A stretch of 61,622 bases of DNA, taken from contig CAYVHS010000004.1 in the NCBI GenBank assembly GCA_964451495.1, positions 1 to 61,622 of the forward strand. The letters are read 5' to 3'. Source of the stretch: an uncultured Bdellovibrionales bacterium (lineage in GTDB: Bacteria > Patescibacteriota > Minisyncoccia > Moranbacterales > UBA1568). Below, piece by piece: positions 9,361 to 16,537 of this stretch. Positions within the stretch are counted from its first letter, which is position 1. Every line of letters starts with the position of its first letter. The notes beneath the pieces were generated by a model that saw nothing but the letters and a program-made list of their open reading frames with translations, was not told the DNA's origin and ran no database searches. The position numbers and the translations under genes were made by a program.

Positions 9361-10479
9361 ATGCGCATGCAAATATTATTTTTTCTCACTTTTATCGGGG
9401 TATTTTTACTGGGGATACATTTTTTTGTCTATGTTTCATTGGCAAAAATATTCCCTTCTTTTGTGGCGGAGCATCGCAGCTCTTTACTCAGTGCGTTGGT
9501 ATTTTTGTCACTTTCTTTTGTGGTTGCCATGGCTCTTATTCATTGGAAGGAAAATATTTTTACTCGAGCCTTCTATTTTTTTTCGGGGGAATGGCTTGGC
9601 TTTTTGACGAATCTGGTGCTCGCTTTCGTGGTGATGTGGATGGTTGTGGGTGTAGCCAAGATTTTCTCGGTTGATATATCAGTGGCTTCCCTCGGGATTT
9701 TTTTGGTAGTCATCGCGTTTTTTGTTTCGGTATATGGCATAGTGAACGCTTTTCATCCGCGTCTTCGTGAAGTGTCGGTGCGTATACCGAATCTTCCTGA
9801 AGAGTGGCGAGGAAAGAGAATCATCCAGTTATCTGATGTGCACCTGGGGAGTATCTATCGCGAAGATTTTTTGCGTTCCGTTGTTGCTCGAGTGAATGCT
9901 GTGCGTCCGGAAGTAGTTGTGATTACGGGAGACCTTTTCGATGGTATGGATGGGTTTTTGGATACGTTGGTCGCGCCGCTCGATGATATAGAATCTCGCT
10001 ACGGTGTTTTCTTTGTTACCGGCAATCACGAGACATACCTTGGTGTCGATGAAGTGTTTGCTTCGCTTCAGGGGACAAAGGTTTCTATTATAGATAATGC
10101 GGTAGTTGATGTGGCGGGTCTTAAAATTATCGGAATGAGCTATCCTCCTCATGGGGCCGATGAAGATGTAGCGGGGCGACTGGCTCTCCTCCGGCCAGAC
10201 TTTGTTGGGCAACCGAATATTCTCCTTCATCATGCCCCGACCCATATCGATGAGTTTCGGGCGGCCGGTATCAATCTGCAGCTGTCTGGGCATACGCACA
10301 AGGGTCAACAATACCCCTTCGGTCTTATTACTTGGTGGCTATATAAAGGCTTCGATTATGGCTTGCGGGAGATAGGGGATTATTCTATCTATACGACCAA
10401 TGGTGTGGGTACCTGGGGGCCAGCTATGCGGGTCGGTAACATACCAGAAATAGTCGTCATCACGTTACAGCGGAAATAA
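9361..10479 (+). CDS. membrane-anchored metallophosphoesterase (YkuE/calcineurin-like)
   Basis: Four N-terminal TM helices, then SDVHLG, GDLFDG, GNHE, LHH and GHTH phosphoesterase motifs. Confidence 0.85.
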   Translation: MRMQILFFLTFIGVFLLGIHFFVYVSLAKIFPSFVAEHRSSLLSALVFLSLSFVVAMALIHWKENIFTRAFYFFSGEWLGFLTNLVLAFVVMWMVVGVAKIFSVDISVASLGIFLVVIAFFVSVYGIVNAFHPRLREVSVRIPNLPEEWRGKRIIQLSDVHLGSIYREDFLRSVVARVNAVRPEVVVITGDLFDGMDGFLDTLVAPLDDIESRYGVFFVTGNHETYLGVDEVFASLQGTKVSIIDNAVVDVAGLKIIGMSYPPHGADEDVAGRLALLRPDFVGQPNILLHHAPTHIDEFRAAGINLQLSGHTHKGQQYPFGLITWWLYKGFDYGLREIGDYSIYTTNGVGTWGPAMRVGNIPEIVVITLQRK

Positions 10480-10484
10480 ACAGC

Positions 10485-10513
10485 TTGATTCCTTTGTCTT
10501 TTTCTGATATATT
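10485..10513 (+). promoter_or_regulatory. sigma70-type promoter for the SET-domain gene
   Basis: TTGATT (10485-10490), 17-nt spacer, TATATT (10508-10513). It overlaps the TTG start proposed by the ORF track, which argues for the ATG at 10602. Confidence 0.5.
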
Positions 10514-10601
10514 CGGTTGTGCAATAAGTTTTGTCCAGAGAGGCTACAAGGCCGGCTCAGGACAATTTTTTTATGGAGAAAGTATTTTTTATTTTGAGCT
10601 T

Positions 10602-11009
10602 ATGTCACATGAGAAGCACTCAAAACCAGATCATCTGAAAGTGAAGCGATCGAGCGCCGGACTTGGGCTTTTTACCGAGATAGCTATCAAGAAGGGCGAG
10701 GCGGTCATCGAGTACGTCGGGCATCGTATCCCTACTTCGGTTGGTGATACCCTGAGTAATCTCTATATCTTTAACGTGAATTCGCGTGTCGATATTGACG
10801 GGAGTCCCAGGTGGAATACAGCGCGATATATCAATCATTCTTGTCGTCCCAATTGTGACGCCATCAATCGCCGAGGGCGCATCTATATCGTGGCGCGGAA
10901 AAATATCAAGGCCGGCGAAGAATTACACTATGATTATGGTAAAGATTATTTCAGTGATTTGGAGAAAAAGGGCTGTAAATGCACTCGGTGTTACGAGATA
11001 AATCCTTGA
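10602..11009 (+). CDS. minimal SET-domain protein (putative protein-lysine methyltransferase)
   Basis: SET motifs RYINHSCRPNC and GEELHYDYG, plus a post-SET-like CKCTRC. Start moved to the in-frame ATG at 10602 (MSHEKH...), giving 135 aa. Confidence 0.8.
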   Translation: MSHEKHSKPDHLKVKRSSAGLGLFTEIAIKKGEAVIEYVGHRIPTSVGDTLSNLYIFNVNSRVDIDGSPRWNTARYINHSCRPNCDAINRRGRIYIVARKNIKAGEELHYDYGKDYFSDLEKKGCKCTRCYEINP

Positions 11010-11186
11010 TTCTGGAATCAAGATACATGTCTCAGATCTGAGTAATTTTCTCTCAACGTAGTTTTTATTTTCAGTACTTGCTTTACAACGTACTGAGAAA
11101 ATGAAAGAATACAATGTCTGTTAAATAACGGACACAAGCCTTTATCTGACTTGGCAGATTCCAAGAACAACTTGTAGGAGGACAAC

Positions 11187-12113
11187 ATGAGTAGTTTTAC
11201 ATTTGAACCAGCGGTGCCTGGTCTTGAGTGTATCCATCAGGGCAAAGTACGTGACACTTTTGCCCTTCCTGGACATTCCGAGCTTTTGCTTGCTGTAGCG
11301 ACCGATCGTGTGAGTACGCACAACATCGTCCATGAGAGCGTTATTCCTCAGAAGGGCGGCGTTTTGACGGGTCTGACAGTGTTCTGGATGACAAAAGTGC
11401 TACGGGGATTCAATACGCACCTGGCTTCTTTCAGGGACGGAATCTTTCCCTATCTTCCGTATCAGTCATATCCCGACGATCTTGCACTTCGAGCTTTGGT
11501 GATCAGAAAACTTGCCGTAATTCCCGTGGAGTTCATCTTCCGGAACTATATGGCTGGCAGTCTGTGGAAAGACTATTATCAGAAGGACCATCCCAATCCC
11601 TATGGTCTGGAATTACCGGCGGGGCTGCAACTGATGTCACCGTTTGAACACACGGTGTTCACACCGACGGATAAGTCGGAAACGGATGATCCTCTCAATG
11701 CGGAGGAAACGGCACGGCAGTATCCGGAGGCGTACCAGCTTGCCCTCAGGGTTTACGAGGCGGGCCGGGCATACGCTGCCGCGCGCGGTATCACCATCAT
11801 CGATGGCAAGTTCGAAGTCGGCATTGACTCGTTTGGGCGAGTATGTCTGGCTGACGAATGTCTGACGCCGGACTCGTGTCGCTTTATCGAGGCCGATACC
11901 ATTGTTGTTGGTCAGGAGCCTGCTTGGCTCGATAAGCAGTTTCTACGCGAAGAAGCAGAGCGGGTGTGGGCTGGTGGCAAAAAGACACCCCTCACATTTA
12001 GTCCTGCTGTCATAGCGGAGACCACACGCCGTTATGAGGGTATCTTTTGCCAGTTGACGGGAGTACCACCCAGTGATTTTCAGTCGAAGCAACGATTTTA
12101 CTGGGACGCGTAG
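11187..12113 (+). CDS. purC: phosphoribosylaminoimidazole-succinocarboxamide (SAICAR) synthase, long type
   Basis: GKVRD, LLLAVATDRVSTH, IPQKGGVLT, VEFIFRNYMAGS, IIDGKFEVG, LADECLTPDSCRF. AGGAGG SD 6 nt upstream. Confidence 0.85.
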   Translation: MSSFTFEPAVPGLECIHQGKVRDTFALPGHSELLLAVATDRVSTHNIVHESVIPQKGGVLTGLTVFWMTKVLRGFNTHLASFRDGIFPYLPYQSYPDDLALRALVIRKLAVIPVEFIFRNYMAGSLWKDYYQKDHPNPYGLELPAGLQLMSPFEHTVFTPTDKSETDDPLNAEETARQYPEAYQLALRVYEAGRAYAAARGITIIDGKFEVGIDSFGRVCLADECLTPDSCRFIEADTIVVGQEPAWLDKQFLREEAERVWAGGKKTPLTFSPAVIAETTRRYEGIFCQLTGVPPSDFQSKQRFYWDA

Positions 12114-12135
12114 GATTGTGGTATTGATAACTTTA

Positions 12136-12168
12136 CCGGAGGGGGGTAATCCATCTCCGGCTTTTTTT
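12136..12168 (+). terminator. rho-independent terminator after purC
   Basis: CCGGAGgggggtaatccatCTCCGGcttttttt. Confidence 0.75.
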
Positions 12169-12327
12169 AAAGCAAGTATTATAGTTGTTACCGTATTTTG
12201 ATTATTTCTCTCATCCGCGCCTCTTTACATCTCTGAAAAATTATGCTGAAATACAGTGTCCTGTATGAATAGGCCCTGAGCGTATATTCGGGATACAGTT
12301 CCTTTCATTTCACCTGAGGAGATTGCT

Positions 12328-13062
12328 ATGATGCCCAAAAGGCTTATTACCGATGCGCAGCTCGGTCAGTTTTATAGTACAGTACTTGCGATACAAAGCC
12401 GGCTTGGCAGACTCTTACCTTATGATGTGGCTATGGAGGCATTGCAGCATCTTGCCGCTGGAACCCTACGGATTGGTTTCAATACTACCGAGGATGTGCA
12501 GCAACTGTTCGCGCGGCCTCTGGGAGCAGAAATTCATCTCATCCATTTTCGCGAGGGAGTAATCCCCGTATTTCCCGAGAAGCTTTCCAAAGACTGCTTC
12601 ACAAACAAAACCCGTTTCCCGGCTGGCTTCACTGCTACAACGACAGTCTTGCCAGATGTCGTTTTGGGTCAGGGGGGCGGGTCAGTGCGCGTGTTCAAGA
12701 TGAAGGGTATGGCGAGCTATGCAATGCTTGCAGCGGAGCTTTTAGGAGTGTCCAACGAGACGCCGACTTCTTGGTTGCAGCAGCTGCTCATCAGGCGTGG
12801 GCACACGCTGTCTCTCACGGGAGTCGAAGGAATTATCGAGTTGTATGCCCGAGGCGACGATATCGGTCTTGCACCCTCGCGTAGCAGGGATAAACCCACT
12901 TTGCATCCTGGGAATCTTGCTTTCGTCGAGATAGCACGCGGCTGTGTTGATGTGGTTCACTTTGATCGGGAGACATCTAAACGCTGGAAAGTTTCTCAAT
13001 ACCCATTTGATCAGGGCGGACAGAGCCGTCGAGATGATAAGCATCTCGTGATTCGCTCATGA
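12328..13062 (+). CDS. hypothetical protein (no recognisable motif)
   Basis: GAGGAG SD 7 nt upstream of the ATG. Possible promoter TTTACA-17-TGAAAT at 12224-12252, and its own terminator. GC looks higher than in neighbouring genes. Confidence 0.7.
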   Translation: MMPKRLITDAQLGQFYSTVLAIQSRLGRLLPYDVAMEALQHLAAGTLRIGFNTTEDVQQLFARPLGAEIHLIHFREGVIPVFPEKLSKDCFTNKTRFPAGFTATTTVLPDVVLGQGGGSVRVFKMKGMASYAMLAAELLGVSNETPTSWLQQLLIRRGHTLSLTGVEGIIELYARGDDIGLAPSRSRDKPTLHPGNLAFVEIARGCVDVVHFDRETSKRWKVSQYPFDQGGQSRRDDKHLVIRS

Positions 13063-13084
13063 TTCCATTCTCGAAGTCTTTTGA

Positions 13085-13111
13085 GGTCGCAGCTCGTCTG
13101 TGGCCTTTTTT
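13085..13111 (+). terminator. rho-independent terminator
   Basis: GGTCGCAGctcgtCTGTGGCCtttttt: 8-bp stem with two G-U pairs, then a T-run. Confidence 0.6.
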
Positions 13112-13197
13112 CTTTTCTAAAAAATTCAATCTGCAAAAGGGATGCTGTTTGTTTGCGAGAAAACTGCACTTCAGATGAGAATGTAAGGTACGCGGGT

Positions 13198-13226
13198 TTG
13201 ACTTTTTATTAATCCTGTGTTATTAT
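13198..13226 (+). promoter_or_regulatory. sigma70-type promoter; predicted leaderless or near-leaderless transcript
   Basis: TTGACT (13198-13203), 17 nt, TATTAT (13221-13226). The ATG at 13235 lies 9 nt after the -10 element. Confidence 0.55.
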
Positions 13227-13234
13227 TTTTTCTT

Positions 13235-13951
13235 ATGGAAGACATTATCTATCCCATTCGTATCAATCGCTATTTGGCGCACAAGGGAGTCTCGACCCGC
13301 AGAGGTGCCGATGAGCTTATTGCTGCCGGATTGGTCCGTATCAATGGGAAAAAGGCAGAGCTTGGAAGCAAAGTCGGGCCAGATGATGTGGTAGAATTTC
13401 CTGATCGCATGGGGAGCAAGGATAAAGAATACCGATACATTGCTTATTACAAGCCTCGTGGCATCATCACTCATTCTCCGCAAGAGGGCGAGCGAGCCAT
13501 TGATGAGATTTCTGGGTATCCGGGCACCTTTCCGATTGGTCGTCTCGATAAGGCTTCCGAGGGGCTGATCATCCTCACTGATGATGGACGCGTGACTGAA
13601 CGTTTGCTCCATCCGCGTTTCAATCATGAGAAAGAATACGAAGTGACCGTACGCGAAGACATCCCGCCTTTAGCCAAGAAAGTGCTCGAAGGAGGCGTCA
13701 AGAGTGAAGGAGAGTGGCTCAAGGCAAAAAAAGTGACAGTTGTCGGTACGCATAAACTTCTCATCGTTTTGACCGAGGGTAAGAAGCATCAGATCCGTCG
13801 GATGCTCTCTGAAGCTCGTATGACGGTGGAAAAACTCGTTCGGGTCCGTATCATGGATGTGCATCTCGGTGCACTCAAGCCCGGTGGGTCACGACCGATT
13901 CGCGGATTGGCTCGGAAAATGTTTTTGGAAAGTATCGATCTTAGTATTTGA
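13235..13951 (+). CDS. pseudouridine synthase, RsuA/RluB family (S4 domain plus catalytic domain)
   Basis: S4-like IRINRYLAHKGVSTRRGADELI. Catalytic motif GRLDKASEGLIILTDDG. HQIRRM. Start set to the ATG at 13235 because the promoter overlaps the GTG at 13217. Confidence 0.88.
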   Translation: MEDIIYPIRINRYLAHKGVSTRRGADELIAAGLVRINGKKAELGSKVGPDDVVEFPDRMGSKDKEYRYIAYYKPRGIITHSPQEGERAIDEISGYPGTFPIGRLDKASEGLIILTDDGRVTERLLHPRFNHEKEYEVTVREDIPPLAKKVLEGGVKSEGEWLKAKKVTVVGTHKLLIVLTEGKKHQIRRMLSEARMTVEKLVRVRIMDVHLGALKPGGSRPIRGLARKMFLESIDLSI

Positions 13952-14020
13952 TGAAATATTTAGAATCTTTTTGTGTAGTAGTCTTGCAGCGATGAAAAGA
14001 GCATGGAGGGAAAAGAGAAA

Positions 14021-14050
14021 ACGACAGTCTGGGGGGACTGTCGTTTTTTG
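14021..14050 (+). terminator. rho-independent terminator
   Basis: ACGACAGTCtggggGGACTGTCGTtttttg. Confidence 0.8.
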
Positions 14051-14070
14051 CTCGTAATATTCCCTCGCCC

Positions 14071-14099
14071 TTGCTTTTTCGCTTAAAAAGTGCTATAAT
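14071..14099 (+). promoter_or_regulatory. near-consensus sigma70 promoter of paralog 1
   Basis: TTGCTT (14071-14076), 17 nt, TATAAT (14094-14099). Confidence 0.65.
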
Positions 14100-14115
14100 T
14101 GATGTAGAACTAAAG

Positions 14116-14150
14116 AAATGGGTGCCAGTCGGGTGCCCATTTTTCTTTTT
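14116..14150 (+). promoter_or_regulatory. terminator-like leader hairpin (possible attenuator) between promoter and start codon
   Basis: AAATGGGTGCCagtcgGGGTGCCCATTTttcttttt: an 11-bp stem (two G-U pairs) plus a T-run. It lies downstream of the 14094 -10 box and upstream of the ATG at 14172. Confidence 0.55.
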
Positions 14151-14171
14151 CTAGAGCCATTGAGCACTCCT

Positions 14172-14804
14172 ATGACTGACAAAAAAACACAAAACAACAT
14201 ACAAGATGAAGCTGTACCGGAATCTCCAGAGAAACAGGTTTCTTTTGCTTTATATATGCCCCAGAACGCTGTGTATGCCACGTTTCTTTCTGTGGCGGTG
14301 CTGGTAACGGGACTCCTTTATGGTGCGAGTTTCCGCGTAGCCCATACGCCCGATATTGTCGTGACTGTACCGGATCGGCATGCGGCTATTCGGAAAAATA
14401 TTGAGACGATGGTGGATGGGTATCCGATTGCATCCATGGTTCCGTATATCGTGCATCAGAACAAAACGACTGCGGCGTTTCTCGTGGGTATTGCAAAAAA
14501 GGAAAGCAATTGGGGTAAACGCGTACCCGTAGATGCAGCAGGGGCTGATTGTTTTAATTATTGGGGGTATCGTGGGGCCGGAAGTCGTGGTATTGAAATG
14601 GGACATGGTTGTTTCGGAAGTCCGGAAGAGGCCGTGAGTGTTGTCAGTAAGCGTGTGAATACGCTGGTGCAGGAGTATGAATTTGATACCCCTGAAGAGT
14701 TGGTTGTGTGGAAGTGTGGCTGGAGCTGTGATGGTCATAGTAACCAGAGCGTGAAAAAGTGGATTACTGATGTCGGATACTATTATCGCAAAGTGAAGAG
14801 CTAA
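14172..14804 (+). CDS. membrane-anchored envelope protein, KKESNWGKRVP/4-Cys family, paralog 1 (possible lysozyme-like fold)
   Basis: N-terminal TM (ATFLSVAVLVTGLLYGA). Conserved C-domain GIAKKESNWGKRVP..DCFNYWGYRG..GHGCFGS..WKCGWSC.GHS..VKKWI.DV, shared with 51698-52663 and 53870-54667. Start moved to 14172 because 14118 lies inside the leader hairpin. Confidence 0.8.
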   Translation: MTDKKTQNNIQDEAVPESPEKQVSFALYMPQNAVYATFLSVAVLVTGLLYGASFRVAHTPDIVVTVPDRHAAIRKNIETMVDGYPIASMVPYIVHQNKTTAAFLVGIAKKESNWGKRVPVDAAGADCFNYWGYRGAGSRGIEMGHGCFGSPEEAVSVVSKRVNTLVQEYEFDTPEELVVWKCGWSCDGHSNQSVKKWITDVGYYYRKVKS

Positions 14805-14828
14805 AGTATCAAAACACAGTAAGAGAAA

Positions 14829-14854
14829 AACAGGGCGTAACCCTTGTTTTTTTT
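14829..14854 (+). terminator. rho-independent terminator
   Basis: AACAGGGcgtaaCCCTTGTTtttttt (1-nt bulge). Confidence 0.6.
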
Positions 14855-14984
14855 GTCTATTTTGTAGAAGATTTTCGGCGAATATCTCCATACGGGTCTA
14901 TCAAATCGATGGTCCTTTTGATGCTCCTTACTATGTGGAAAGCATGAACCGAATATCGGTGCTATAGTAGGGTTGTATTTATTA

Positions 14985-15260
14985 ATGAAAAATATGTCTT
15001 ACCCCACGGATATTTTGTACAGTCTTTTTTTGGTTGTGCTTCAAGTATGTTTATTATTTCTTTTTTCTGGGCTGGGGATTTGGTATGTTATAGCGAAGCT
15101 TAGGAAGGGGGATACTCATTCTGCTTGGTTTAAGCGTTTGTGTATAATTGCAGGTATAGGTGTACTCATGCTTATGACTGATTTTATATTCGGAGCCAAT
15201 ATTCGTGATTTTTTGATTAGCGTGTTTGGCTATAGTGAGTATTATTGCCCTAGTTGTTAA
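14985..15260 (+). CDS. small membrane protein (2 TM)
   Basis: Extended -10 element TGcTATAGT at 14960-14968. Two hydrophobic helices. Start ATG at 14985 (ATG 14994 and TTG 14973 are alternatives). Confidence 0.55.
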   Translation: MKNMSYPTDILYSLFLVVLQVCLLFLFSGLGIWYVIAKLRKGDTHSAWFKRLCIIAGIGVLMLMTDFIFGANIRDFLISVFGYSEYYCPSC

Positions 15261-15264
15261 GGAT

Positions 15265-15292
15265 AAAAATCGCCCTCGATGGCGCGATTTTT
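15265..15292. terminator. bidirectional hairpin terminator
   Basis: AAAAATCGCcctcgatggcGCGATTTTT. Confidence 0.7.
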
Positions 15293-15328
15293 ATTTCGTG
15301 TAAATGGAAAGGAACTATTTGAAGCAAG

Positions 15329-15361
15329 AAAAAACCGAGCTGTTCAGGGCTCGGTTTTTTT
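15329..15361. terminator. bidirectional hairpin terminator (serves the minus-strand micro-ORF)
   Basis: aaaaaaCCGAGCtgttcaggGCTCGGttttttt. Confidence 0.75.
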
Positions 15362-15376
15362 GGTCGAGTGGATGTT

Positions 15377-15523
15377 TTACAACAGTCCTACTTGTCCGAA
15401 GAAGGTGAGTGTAATCACCGGGAGGAGTGCGAGCAGGAACGCCATGCTCATTTCCTCGTTTTTATCTGACTCTTCTGTTGCCTTTTGGCAAGTGGGGCAC
15501 TGTCCTGTAGGACATTCCTCCAT
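15377..15523 (-). CDS. 48-aa Cys-containing membrane microprotein (absent from the ORF track, below the 60-aa cut-off)
   Basis: GGAGGA SD 7 nt upstream of the ATG. Translation is MEECPTGQCPTCQKATEESDKNEEMSMAFLLALLPVITLTFFGQVGLL. The length is 147 nt (49 codons). It has its own promoter, leader hairpin and terminator. Confidence 0.6.
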   Translation of the reverse strand: MEECPTGQCPTCQKATEESDKNEEMSMAFLLALLPVITLTFFGQVGLL

Positions 15524-15605
15524 TTTTATTTCCTCCGTCATACGTTTGTTCGTATGTTACTTATTAAATTGCCTGAATACAGGCTTTTGGAGAGCGTGTT
15601 GATAA

Positions 15606-15648
15606 AGAAAAAACGGGTTGCCGACATATAATGTCTTCACCCGTTTCC
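15606..15648 (-). promoter_or_regulatory. terminator-like leader hairpin on the minus strand
   Basis: Minus strand: AACGGGTgaaGACATtatATGTCggcaACCCGTTttttc. It lies directly downstream of the 15666-15694 promoter and ~85 nt upstream of the micro-ORF. Confidence 0.5.
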
Positions 15649-15665
15649 TACCTCTCAACATATAT

Positions 15666-15694
15666 AGTATAGCGCAAAAAAGAGTAAAAGTCAA
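15666..15694 (-). promoter_or_regulatory. near-consensus sigma70 promoter (minus strand)
   Basis: Minus strand: TTGACT (15694-15689), 17 nt, TATACT (15671-15666). Confidence 0.6.
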
Positions 15695-15754
15695 GTACGA
15701 ACGACACGAAGAAGAAAAATGTAGTATACTGAAATATATTATTGAGAATAATTT

Positions 15755-16477
15755 ATGCCGAAGAAAAAAATATTTGCTTTGGTTCTAGGGGGCGTGATGC
15801 TTTCTGGATGCACGATGCAGACGCAAGAAATCAGACAGCAACAGAAGGAAAGCGAGCTCGACTTCGCAGCTCTCCGAGCAGAGGAGAGTAAAGCGAAAGA
15901 GCAAGTAAAGACAGAGGCAAAGACTGAAACTACACCGCCGGTACAGGATAATAATCTAACGAATAAGAAAATGTACACAACACCTCCGCAGATGGCTATC
16001 GATCCGAAGAAGCAGTACACCGCGACACTCAAGACGAGCGCGGGAAATATCGTCGTCGAGCTCTCTGCTGCGGCGACACCAATCACGGTGAATAATTTTG
16101 TGTTTCTTTCCCGTGAAAAGTTTTATGATAGCACGATATTTCATCGGACCATAAACGGGTTCATGATCCAGGGTGGTGATCCACAGGGGACGGGTATGGG
16201 TGGCCCTGGATACAAGTTCGCTGACGAACCGTTCACGGGTGAATATACCCGCGGTACTATAGCGATGGCTAATAGTGGTGCGAATACGAATGGTAGTCAG
16301 TTCTTCATCATGCACAAGGATAATCCGCTCCCCAAGAGCTATGTGATTTTTGGCCGGGTGGTATCGGGGCTGGAAGTCGTGGATATAATTGCGACCGCTC
16401 CGACCAAGCCGGGTGGAGAAGGGTCGACGCCCGTCACAGCAGTGACTGTCCAGACTATCGAGATTACTGAGAAGTAG
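15755..16477 (+). CDS. peptidyl-prolyl cis-trans isomerase, cyclophilin type, lipoprotein
   Basis: Lipobox VMLSGC. FHRTINGFMIQGGDP, GGPGYKF, MANSGANTNGSQFFI. Confidence 0.92.
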   Translation: MPKKKIFALVLGGVMLSGCTMQTQEIRQQQKESELDFAALRAEESKAKEQVKTEAKTETTPPVQDNNLTNKKMYTTPPQMAIDPKKQYTATLKTSAGNIVVELSAAATPITVNNFVFLSREKFYDSTIFHRTINGFMIQGGDPQGTGMGGPGYKFADEPFTGEYTRGTIAMANSGANTNGSQFFIMHKDNPLPKSYVIFGRVVSGLEVVDIIATAPTKPGGEGSTPVTAVTVQTIEITEK

Positions 16478-16493
16478 GATTTTAGGGGAAATC

Positions 16494-16529
16494 AAAAGAC
16501 CCAGCGGTTACACTGCTGGGTCTTTTTTT
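16494..16529. terminator. bidirectional terminator between convergent genes
   Basis: aaaaGACCCAGCggttacactGCTGGGTCttttttt. Confidence 0.8.
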
Positions 16530-16537
16530 GTTGTGCC

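Noticed and set aside
11010-11186. Purine or ZTP riboswitch upstream of purC
   Set aside because: I found no match to the conserved cores of these riboswitches, only an unremarkable hairpin (TTTCAGTAC...GTACTGAGAAA).
13857-14057. 66-aa plus-strand ORF spanning the end of the pseudouridine synthase gene and its terminator
   Set aside because: It overlaps the 3' end of a confident gene out of frame and reads through the 14021-14050 terminator hairpin.
14118-14171. ORF-track start of paralog 1 at 14118
   Set aside because: The first 11 codons coincide with an 11-bp hairpin plus T-run located just after a TTGCTT-17-TATAAT promoter. The ATG at 14172 gives an N-terminus colinear with the other paralogs.
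14250-14891. 213-aa antisense ORF opposite paralog 1. Similar long antisense ORFs include 47280-48065, 9829-10311, 18420-19118 and 43955-44455.
   Set aside because: They are shadow ORFs opposite genes with unambiguous family motifs. None has a motif or an SD of its own.
15279-15602. 107-aa plus-strand ORF from the track
   Set aside because: It runs straight through two strong hairpin terminators. It has no SD and an implausible composition. It also overlaps a minus-strand micro-ORF that has a promoter, SD and terminator.
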